Below, in pieces: positions 1-7,994 of a stretch of 64,000 bases of DNA. The DNA lies in contig JAXGYC010000010.1 in NCBI GenBank assembly GCA_040772485.1, positions 288,001 through 352,000 on the forward strand, written 5' to 3'. The position numbers and the translations under genes are program-made. Each line of letters opens with the position of its first letter. Within the stretch, counting starts at the first letter, position 1. The stretch comes from Sedimentisphaerales bacterium (GTDB taxonomy: Bacteria > Planctomycetota > Phycisphaerae > Sedimentisphaerales > Anaerobacaceae). The notes below the pieces were generated by a model that made no database searches, was not told the DNA's origin, and worked only from the letters and a program-made list of their open reading frames with translations.

Positions 1-635
1 GCGTTGCTGGATCGCGTGATCGTCGCCAAGACGGGAGGAATCGCCGGAGTCGCCGGCACAGGCGAGGAAACCGTGCGAACGGGCAGTCTGGAAATCCATA
101 CGAGCACCCCGGAGACCAGCAGCACGACGACGGCAAGCACACTGACCGCCAACTGGCGCCTTCTGGCAAGGTACTCGCGGTAGGCCAGCTCCTCCCGCCG
201 GTGTCGTTCCTGCTCTTTGAATCGCTCCAGGGCATCATCGGCGGCCCTTCGTATCGCCTCTCTGTGGGCTTCGGCCTGCTGCCGGGCCTCCTCGGCCGCT
301 CGCCTCTCGGCCAGTACCCGGTCCCGTTCGAGGAGCTCGTCGAGAACCGTCGGGAGCCCCTGTACCTGGTCCGTTGCAGCCGCCTCCGACGACAAGGGCG
401 ACAGGTCCGCCGGCCACTCTGCCGATGGAACGGCAACATCAGAGGCTTCCCGCATCCCGTGATAGTGGCGAAGCTCGGCACAGAGCAGCATGTACTCGAC
501 GTAGAACTGCTGCACGACCGGATCATCCGCAAGGGAGCGATCCAACTGCGCAAACTGCTCATCCGTCAAGGCGCCTTCTCGCAGGGCGCCAAGCAGGTCG
601 AAGAACTCGGGATGTTCTGTCGGTCCATCGATCAT
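1..635 (-). CDS. Putative anti-sigma factor / FecR-like membrane protein, N-terminal part (runs off window edge)
   Basis: Not in the ORF track. ATG at 635 overlaps the sigma factor stop (ATGA). Translates MIDGPTEHPEFFDLLGALREGALTDEQFAQLDRSLADDPVVQQFYVEYMLLCAELRH..., then a TM helix (LAVSVLAVVVLLVSGVLVWI). This is typical of planctomycete anti-sigma factors. Confidence 0.75.
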   Translation of the reverse strand, partial: MIDGPTEHPEFFDLLGALREGALTDEQFAQLDRSLADDPVVQQFYVEYMLLCAELRHYHGMREASDVAVPSAEWPADLSPLSSEAAATDQVQGLPTVLDELLERDRVLAERRAAEEARQQAEAHREAIRRAADDALERFKEQERHRREELAYREYLARRRQLAVSVLAVVVLLVSGVLVWISRLPVRTVSSPVPATPAIPPVLATITRSSN

Positions 636-1186
636 GCCGATCTCTCCGCCGCCAGCGTGCGACGAATACAATAGAGCAACTGGACATGAATGCGGTTCAG
701 CGCCTTGTATACGGCGTCGACGCTCCGGCCGAGACGCTGGGCCACCGACCTCGTGGTCGCGTCGTATTCGTATCGCAGGTGAATCAGCTCGCGATCGCGT
801 TCGGGCAGCTTTCGCAGACAGTTGCCCAGCGCATCGCGAAGCATGTCCAGCCCCGCCGCGGCGCTTCGAACCCGCTCGTCGAGAGCCTCCAGAACTTCAT
901 CGCTGAACTGGACGTGCTGGTGGCGTTTCTTCTTGCGATGGTTCATGATCCGGTATCGTGCCACGCACAGCGCCCAGGCCGCGAAATCCGTCCCAGGCTC
1001 GAACGTGTCGAACTTGGACCACAGGGTCATGGTGGTCTCCTGGAGCAGGTCTTCAGCCTCCGACCACTGCGGGACCAGCGCCAGGATGAACCCGAAGATC
1101 CTCCGCTCATTGGCCTGATAGAGCCTCAGGAACTCGCGTCCCCGTGACATGTCGCCCAAACGGTCGGTCGACTGACGTTCGCTCAT
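632..1186 (-). CDS. ECF RNA polymerase sigma-70 factor (TIGR02989-like)
   Basis: FLRLYQANERRIFGFILALV...AEDLLQET...FAAWALCVARY region 2; DRELIHLRY...VAQRLGRSVDAVYKALNRI region 4. Start at MSERQ (alternative 1150). Confidence 0.9.
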   Translation of the reverse strand: MSERQSTDRLGDMSRGREFLRLYQANERRIFGFILALVPQWSEAEDLLQETTMTLWSKFDTFEPGTDFAAWALCVARYRIMNHRKKKRHQHVQFSDEVLEALDERVRSAAAGLDMLRDALGNCLRKLPERDRELIHLRYEYDATTRSVAQRLGRSVDAVYKALNRIHVQLLYCIRRTLAAERSA

Positions 1187-1384
1187 GGCGATTCCACAGT
1201 ACAATCGTCGGCATTCACCGGTCCCATTGCGTCCGGTCGAGGACACACTCCAAGCCCGTTCCCGCAAAACGCATCCTTCGGGAAATAGCGTCTGCCGCCC
1301 TATTTCGGAAGACAAAGCCGGTCAAACCGGAAAAAAACACCAAAAACGAGGTAGTGCGGCGCTCTTTAGGAGGCTGCGCCAACC

Positions 1385-1426
1385 AAAAGAGCCGTGGCTC
1401 CGGAGGAAACCTCCCCCGGAGCCACG
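1385..1426 (-). terminator. Probable intrinsic terminator
   Basis: CGTGGCTCCGG...CCGGAGCCACG stem followed by CTCTTTT on the minus strand, downstream of 1490-4312. Confidence 0.6.
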
Positions 1427-1489
1427 TGCGCTGCTCTGTTGTAGAGACCACGCCCAGCCCGGCGTTGCCTCATGATCGAGTGCCCAGCC

Positions 1490-4312
1490 TCAGAAGGGCT
1501 TGGCCACCGGCTCCGTCTGACCCGCGAGCCACAGGATCTCTTCCTGAGACAACACCCGGTTGTAGACCTCTACCTGATCGAGCGCTCCCAGCCAGAAATA
1601 GGTGGTGGTGGATTCGCCACGTCCCAGGTTGAATGAGCCGGTAGAGGTACCGAGGACCGCCGTCGTGAGCAGTTCTCGGTCCAGGTTTCCATAGACGTAG
1701 GTCCGGATGAATTCGCCCTTCGAGTAGACGCCGGCCACATGGTACCAGGCGCCCTGCTGCAACACGGTCCCACCGGGCAAGTCTCGGTTCAGGGTGCCCG
1801 CATTGGCGGACGTACGGATCTCGAACTCGAGGATGTTGTTGGTATAGAGGCCGAGCTTGTAGCCGCCCGTGGTCCCGTCCTGGTTGCTCGCGATCTTGCG
1901 ATCCCCGGCGGCGAAGTCCATTTTGATCCATGCGGTGACGGTGACTGCATCGGTGAGGTTCAGGCTCGCGCCCTTCCCACAATCGACGTACGTGGATGCC
2001 CCATCGAATTGCAGGGCCTGGCCGATCATGCCGGTGACCCACGCCCCGGTCCCGACGACAGTTCCGTTGTTGCCTTGGCCCGACCCGTCCGTGGCGTTTC
2101 CGTCCAGGGCATACGACGCCACCAGATTCGCATCGCCCGGATCAACCGGAGTGACAAACTCGGGGGCCTTGGGGTACAGCCGGATATCGTCGAAGTACAG
2201 GACGCCCGATGCACCAGCCCCCTCGACGCCGATCGTCAGCTTGGTGACGTTGCTCAACCCGCTGACGGCCGACAGGTCGATGTTCCAGGCCTGCCATGCG
2301 GGTCTCTTGATGTCCGTATCATCGCCGCTGTAGACGACCTTGGCGTTGTTGATCTTGACGTACAACTGGCCGGTATTGTCGGCGTCACCGAAGAAGCTGA
2401 TGGACAGACTCTTGATGCCGTTGATCGTCCAGTTCTGCGAGAGCTCATACTCGGCTTCGGCAACGGACGTGGCGGCGTTGTCGTACGACAGCGGCATGGA
2501 CTGCTTGCCGCTCTTGACGATCGTCTGCTCTGCGAACGGAGCGTTCAGATGGCCTACCGTCGAACCGGTACCATTGACCCAGCCGTCGAGCCAGGCGTCG
2601 AAGATGGCCTCGCCAGCCTCAATGTCGTCGGTGTAGCTCTCGAAGTCGTCGACAACGATGAACTCCTCGGCCGTGAAGCTCCAGAGGTCGCCTTCCCAGA
2701 CCGGGACGGCGTCGGCCTCGTTGACCTCATCGACCCTCCAGTAGTAGGTCGTTCCCAGATTCAGCGCTGCCGGCGCATAGGTGGCGGCGTCCGTCGTCAT
2801 CGCCAAGGCCAGCGCCTCGGGATCCGTGCCGAAGTACACATCGTGCGAAACCGCCTCGCGGCCGGCTCGCCAGCTCAATGGCGAACCCACGGCCACGCCG
2901 GTCGCGCCATCTTCCGGCTGCGGCTCGCGAGCGTTGGCGGGGACGTACGTGAAGCGGACTTCGCTCAGGCCATACTGGCCCATGGGCCCCCAGCCGCTGT
3001 TAACCGTGAATCGAACGAACTTCGCGGGCACACCGTCAAAATCTACCGTCGTATTGGCCGTGTAAGTGCTATTGGCCGCCGCCTTGGCGAATTCGACGTC
3101 GCCGAAAGCCGTCCAATCCACACCGTCCGCCGAATACTCCACGGCTACATCTTTGAGCCCGAAACCGAGAATGATCTCGAACTCCACATTGTAGTTCCAC
3201 ACCAGCAGTTGATGGAGCTTGTACACACGGTCAAACTCATACTGGATCGAGATGGGCCCGTCCGCAGGCAGACCGAGCCACATGGCGTTGCTTTCCGTCG
3301 AATGCTGATCGGCGGCATTGAGTCCGGAGCCGTTGACGGTGTTCTCAATGCCGGCGCCTTCGTCGGAAATCGCGTTGGTGGTCGCGATGATGTTCGCAAT
3401 GGGATAAGCAAACGGCTCGACGGTGAAGGTCCAGACGTCGCCCTTGAAGATCGTGAAATCGGGCGCCGAATTGACTTCATCGACTCGCCAGTAATAGGTC
3501 TGGCCGAATTCGAGCAGACCGGCCGGATCGTACGTCGCAGCGGTCTGATCCTGGCTGACCAGCACACCCATCGGGTTGCTCCGGCTGGCATTGTTGACGT
3601 CGGCGAAAACCGTGCCGAAGTATACATCGTGGGTCGCGGCCAGATCACCGGCCGTCCATGCAACAACCACGTCCCGAGGGATATCGATCGCGCCGTCCAC
3701 AGGAACCGGCCCGCCGGCAGCGCCGGGCAGACTGCCGTCGGACAGCAGCTCCACCTCGCCGATCTGCATGCTGTTGGCCGCAGCTCGATTGCGGACCTCG
3801 GTAAAGAACACTTCGTAGTGGGTGTAAGCCTTCCTGTTCTTGATCGCAATGGGGGCCGAAATCCACGTGTTTCGCGGATAGTCCGTCGCCTCATTGAACT
3901 CGTCGATCGTTCCCTCGGCAATCAGGGTGTAGGGACCATCGATGCTCTCATCGGAGCCGGAGAACCGGAACGAGATCGGATCGCGCTCGACGGCGTCATT
4001 GGCGCTGGCGAAATTCAGGGCCTTGACCACCACCCGGGGCCCTGACGGCGTCACGCGGAAGCCGGCGCCTCCGGTGGTCGGATCGACATTACCGTCAAGA
4101 TCCACAAAGGAGGTCTTGAAGCACAGATACTTGGCGCCGGAGATGACATCGTCGATCGCGTGGAGCGGAAACTCCGCCGCCGGCCAGTTGTTGTCGTCGG
4201 GGACGCCGACAAGCGGGTCTCCCGGATTGGTGATGTCGAACATCTGCTGGGCCTGGGCCGCCCCGCCGGCAAGCAGGACCGCCGCCAAAATCCACAATGA
4301 CAGTCTTTTCAT
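1490..4312 (-). CDS. Secreted modular protein (unknown N-terminal beta domain + Ig/FN3-like + F5/8-type-C-like + CBM-like + C-terminal LamG)
   Basis: GAGGAG RBS before MKRLSLWILAAVLLAGGAAQA signal peptide; PRDVVVAW..HDVYFGT..TYYWRVDE module twice; VNGSGL..DQHS..MW module; C-terminal LamG (ALQFDG..WYHVAGVY..LDQVEVYNRVLS). Confidence 0.85.
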   Translation of the reverse strand: MKRLSLWILAAVLLAGGAAQAQQMFDITNPGDPLVGVPDDNNWPAAEFPLHAIDDVISGAKYLCFKTSFVDLDGNVDPTTGGAGFRVTPSGPRVVVKALNFASANDAVERDPISFRFSGSDESIDGPYTLIAEGTIDEFNEATDYPRNTWISAPIAIKNRKAYTHYEVFFTEVRNRAAANSMQIGEVELLSDGSLPGAAGGPVPVDGAIDIPRDVVVAWTAGDLAATHDVYFGTVFADVNNASRSNPMGVLVSQDQTAATYDPAGLLEFGQTYYWRVDEVNSAPDFTIFKGDVWTFTVEPFAYPIANIIATTNAISDEGAGIENTVNGSGLNAADQHSTESNAMWLGLPADGPISIQYEFDRVYKLHQLLVWNYNVEFEIILGFGLKDVAVEYSADGVDWTAFGDVEFAKAAANSTYTANTTVDFDGVPAKFVRFTVNSGWGPMGQYGLSEVRFTYVPANAREPQPEDGATGVAVGSPLSWRAGREAVSHDVYFGTDPEALALAMTTDAATYAPAALNLGTTYYWRVDEVNEADAVPVWEGDLWSFTAEEFIVVDDFESYTDDIEAGEAIFDAWLDGWVNGTGSTVGHLNAPFAEQTIVKSGKQSMPLSYDNAATSVAEAEYELSQNWTINGIKSLSISFFGDADNTGQLYVKINNAKVVYSGDDTDIKRPAWQAWNIDLSAVSGLSNVTKLTIGVEGAGASGVLYFDDIRLYPKAPEFVTPVDPGDANLVASYALDGNATDGSGQGNNGTVVGTGAWVTGMIGQALQFDGASTYVDCGKGASLNLTDAVTVTAWIKMDFAAGDRKIASNQDGTTGGYKLGLYTNNILEFEIRTSANAGTLNRDLPGGTVLQQGAWYHVAGVYSKGEFIRTYVYGNLDRELLTTAVLGTSTGSFNLGRGESTTTYFWLGALDQVEVYNRVLSQEEILWLAGQTEPVAKPF

Positions 4313-4652
4313 GATGACAATCTCCTCACAATCAACCTGCTGTTTTGGTAGCGCCTGGAGGAATGCACTGGTCCCAGGCAAAACGACATACGATGATTCG
4401 GACCCTTGCCGAGGGCTGAAACACCTCCTTCCCGGTACGCAGACAAACACCCTTACCGCAAAGAATCACAGACAAACGCCATGGAAGTGCACGAAAAGCA
4501 CGCCCCCCCCGCCAGCCATGTACCCATCAGAACGCACGGTGCGCCTCCGATTCCGGCTCGCACTACAACCGCACTTCACAGTCCGTTCTATGCAGAATGC
4601 CACGGTCCAGGGGCTGCGCCACACCGAATGCGGACCTTGCAGCCCACTTACT

Positions 4653-4682
4653 TTTATACCAGATCGCCCCCCCGGCGTACAA
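4653..4682 (-). promoter_or_regulatory. Sigma70-type promoter candidate with extended -10
   Basis: TTGTAC-N18-TATAAA with TG at the extended -10 position; ATCTGGTATAAA is also found upstream of paralog 11225-14170. Confidence 0.55.
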
Positions 4683-4764
4683 GGAGATTCTGCGACATTC
4701 GCATGCCGCCTGCCCCCGTGGACGCCGGCCCGCGAGTTGTCTTGCCGCACGGGCGCCGGCCGGC

Positions 4765-5442
4765 TCAGAGCGGCAGCAGATAGACGTTGCGGAACTCGAT
4801 GGGGCTGCCCTCGCTCTGAAGACCGATATAGCCGGTGGCCGGCGAGGCGGCGATACCCTCATTCTGGAGGACGCCGTTGACGTAGCAGCGGATGGAGCCG
4901 CCCTGGCAGTGGATGTCGTAGCTGTTCCACTGTCCGGCCGGCTTCTCGCTGGTGGCCGCCTTCTTGGCGATCAGCACGAACTGCCTGGAGGGGTCCTTCC
5001 GGTCGGTCCCGTCGACCGTCAGGCTGGTCCCGTTCATCAGCACGAAATCGCCCGCGTTGCCCGCCTTGAGCTGGACCTCGATGCACTCGGGCCAGACCTT
5101 GTCAGGCCCGTCCATATGGAGCAGCACCCCGCTGTTGCCCGGCGTCTCGGGCCACCGCCATTCCACGTGCAGATGATAGTCGTTGTATCGTTTTTCCGTG
5201 CGCAGGTAGCCATTCGGCTGTCCTTTGCAGTAGACTCCGTCGCCACGGACCCACCAGACATCGTTGGCATCCGCCGACGGGTCCGCCAGCACGCGCACCC
5301 ACCCGGTGAAATCCTGGCCGTTCCACAGCACGGTCTTCTTCCCGTCCGACCCCGACTTCAAAGCTCCCTTGCAGCCCGTCAGCCCAACGAGCGCCATCCC
5401 CACAACCATCCACAACGCCAATCTGCCCGCAGTTCGTCGCAT
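4765..5442 (-). CDS. DUF1080 / 3-keto-glycoside hydrolase-like lipoprotein
   Basis: Lipobox LTGC; LWNGQDFTGW, YLRTEKRY.DY.LHVEWRW, GNSGV, IEVQL, GQWN.Y.I, GYIGLQSEG..IEFRN. Confidence 0.9.
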   Translation of the reverse strand: MRRTAGRLALWMVVGMALVGLTGCKGALKSGSDGKKTVLWNGQDFTGWVRVLADPSADANDVWWVRGDGVYCKGQPNGYLRTEKRYNDYHLHVEWRWPETPGNSGVLLHMDGPDKVWPECIEVQLKAGNAGDFVLMNGTSLTVDGTDRKDPSRQFVLIAKKAATSEKPAGQWNSYDIHCQGGSIRCYVNGVLQNEGIAASPATGYIGLQSEGSPIEFRNVYLLPL

Positions 5443-5589
5443 CGTTCTGCCCTCGCAAATTCAAAGCCAATCCGTTTCGGCGGCATCGCCTTCGGCGAAG
5501 AACATTCCCAGCCTGCCACCGCCCATACTCCCTATATGGCTACTACGGCAGCAAAAGGCAAGGCCAAAACTCCGCCGCGACGAAAGGGT

Positions 5590-5859
5590 TCAGGGCTTTG
5601 TCCGCGACGCAACTCGAGGCTTTCGGGAGCCAAAGAGGCGATGCTCGGTCCGCAAAACCGCGCGGATGATTCTCTCCGGGCAGGTGCCGGGGTGGGCGTC
5701 AGCCCAAGCCAGCAGCCGGTCGCTCAGGAGCAGCCGCAGGCCCAGGAATTCCAGGCCGACGAGGATCAGCCACGAGCCGGGAGTAGCCGGCGTGACCAGG
5801 GCGAGGAAACCCAGCACGATCAGGATCACTCCAATGACCTGCTTGCCGACTCGTTTCAT
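5590..5859 (-). CDS. Small membrane protein (PGPGW-like)
   Basis: Two hydrophobic helices joined by TPATPGSWLILVGL, immediately downstream of pepF. Confidence 0.55.
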   Translation of the reverse strand: MKRVGKQVIGVILIVLGFLALVTPATPGSWLILVGLEFLGLRLLLSDRLLAWADAHPGTCPERIIRAVLRTEHRLFGSRKPRVASRTKP

Positions 5860-5926
5860 GGGAGCAGTCCAAGTCCAATCGTCCGGCAGGCCACGGGCCG
5901 ATCTGCTTGCCGGACGACCAAGCGGA

Positions 5927-7810
5927 TCACTGGCCCCGGCGGGCGAGGATGGCCTCGATCTCGTCCATGGTCCGGTTCATGGTGAGCATGGTCTTCTCGA
6001 AGGGACCGGAGGTGGTCATATCGACGCCGGCTTTCTTGAGGATCTCGACCGGGTAGTCGGAACCGCCGGCCGAGATGAAATCGAGATAGCGTGGCACCAC
6101 TCCCTCGGCGCCGCTGAAGACCTCTTCGGCCAGGGCGGTTGCGGCGGTGAACGACGTCGAATACTGATACACGTAGAAGTTGTAGTAGAAATGCGGAATG
6201 TACGCCCACTCGACGGCATAGAGATCGTCGATCTGGCAGACGCCCTTCTCGTGGCCGTAGTAGTCCTTCAGGATGCGACCGTACAGTTCGGTCAGCGTGT
6301 CCCCCGTCACCGGCTCGCGACGCTCGACCCTCTCGTGCATGCGCAGCTCGAACTCGGCGAACTGCGTCTGGCGGAACACCGTCCCCTTGATGCCGTCGAG
6401 ATGGTTCATCAGCAGCGACAGACGCACGTCGTCGTCCTTGATCTCGCCGAGCATCTTGTGGATCAGCAGCGCCTCGTTGAACGTCGAGGCCACCTCGGCC
6501 ACGAAAATCGAGTAGTCCGCCAGCGGAAACGGTTGGTTCTTGTTGCTGTAATAGCTGTGCATCGTATGGCCCAGCTCGTGCGCCAGCGTACTGACGTCGT
6601 CGAACTGGCCGTTGTAGTTCAGCAGGATGTAGGGGTGCACATCGTAGGCATTGCCGCTGGAATAGGCGCCGGAGCGTTTGCCCGGCGTCGGATACACGTC
6701 GATCCAACGCTCCTTCAAAGCCTTCGCGACGACGCCGGCGTAGTCGGGCCCGAGCGGCCGGACCGCATCGAGAACCAGGGCCTTGGCCTCGTCGAAGCTG
6801 TACCGCAGGTCCACGTCCTTGACGACGGGAGCGTACAGGTCGGAGTACTTCAGGGTCTCGACGCCCAGCATACGCTTCTTGAGGCGCAGATAGCGGTGGA
6901 ACGTATCCAGGTTGGCCCGCACGTTGTCGATGAGGCTGTGGTAGACCTCGGTCGGGATGTTGTTGCGATCCAGCGCCTGGTGCAGACAGCTCTCGTAGTT
7001 CCGTGTCCGCATGGTGAACGCGTGAGCCTGGAGATGGGAATACAACTGGACGCCGAAGGTCTGTCTGAACCCGTTGATGGCGGACCAGAAGGCCTCGAAG
7101 ACCGCCTCGCGATCGGCGCGAATGGCCGAACTGCGATGGAGCGCGTAGCCGGCCTTGTTCAGCAGGACTTTCGTGCCGTCACCGAGCGTGATCTCGGGAT
7201 AGGGCAACTCCGCATCGCTGAAGATCCTGTAGATCGAGCCTGGGCCGCCGGCCATCAGGGCAGTTTCGGCGAGAATCTTCTCTTCCTTCTCGGAGAGTTT
7301 GTGCGCCTTGCGGCGCAGGATATCCATCAGGTACATCCGATAGACCGTCAATCCCGGCTCGGCAGTGATGAATCGCTCGATGGTCGAGGCGTCGAGCTTT
7401 ACGATCTCCGGCTCGATGTATGAGGCCCGGCTGCCGTACTCGGTCATGAGCTGCTCGACCGCCTGCTTCATCGCCAGGTACCTGGAGACCCGCGTGTCCT
7501 GGTCGGACTTCATCGACGCATAGCTGTACAGCCGGCCGAAGGTCTTGGAGATGTCGCTGTCCAGTTCAAGGCAGGCCCGCAGCGCCGCCGCATCGTTCAG
7601 CCGGCCGCGGTATTCGCCGATCGCGTCCAACCGGCCGGCCAGTTCCTCCTTTGCCTGCTCCCAAGCCTGATCCGAGGGGTAGAGGTCCTCCAGCTTCCAT
7701 TGGTAGACCTCCGCGATCTCCGAACGCTCCCTCATCTGGCCGGATGCCGCTTCAGAGAGGCAGAAAACCAGGACCGGCGATAGCATTGCGACGGTATTGA
7801 GCTTGCTCAT
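5927..7810 (-). CDS. pepF: Oligoendopeptidase F (M3B) with signal peptide
   Basis: W.LEDLYP, GKRSGAYS, HPYILLNY, HELGH zinc motif, FVAEVAST, W..IPHFY.NFYVYQY; AGGAG RBS. Confidence 0.93.
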   Translation of the reverse strand: MSKLNTVAMLSPVLVFCLSEAASGQMRERSEIAEVYQWKLEDLYPSDQAWEQAKEELAGRLDAIGEYRGRLNDAAALRACLELDSDISKTFGRLYSYASMKSDQDTRVSRYLAMKQAVEQLMTEYGSRASYIEPEIVKLDASTIERFITAEPGLTVYRMYLMDILRRKAHKLSEKEEKILAETALMAGGPGSIYRIFSDAELPYPEITLGDGTKVLLNKAGYALHRSSAIRADREAVFEAFWSAINGFRQTFGVQLYSHLQAHAFTMRTRNYESCLHQALDRNNIPTEVYHSLIDNVRANLDTFHRYLRLKKRMLGVETLKYSDLYAPVVKDVDLRYSFDEAKALVLDAVRPLGPDYAGVVAKALKERWIDVYPTPGKRSGAYSSGNAYDVHPYILLNYNGQFDDVSTLAHELGHTMHSYYSNKNQPFPLADYSIFVAEVASTFNEALLIHKMLGEIKDDDVRLSLLMNHLDGIKGTVFRQTQFAEFELRMHERVERREPVTGDTLTELYGRILKDYYGHEKGVCQIDDLYAVEWAYIPHFYYNFYVYQYSTSFTAATALAEEVFSGAEGVVPRYLDFISAGGSDYPVEILKKAGVDMTTSGPFEKTMLTMNRTMDEIEAILARRGQ

Positions 7811-7994
7811 GACATCTCCTTATGTTGCTCTCTCTTGCCCCTTTGCGGGTCGCTCCATCCTATAGTCCGTCGCTGCGCCCTTGTCAATGCCGACCCGCAC
7901 GCCTATTCAACGAAAGCGGGGCTCGCATCCAGTGGACACGAGCCCCGCAAGAGAAACTTCTTTCTGCTGTCAGCACCCTGACAGATGGATCGAA

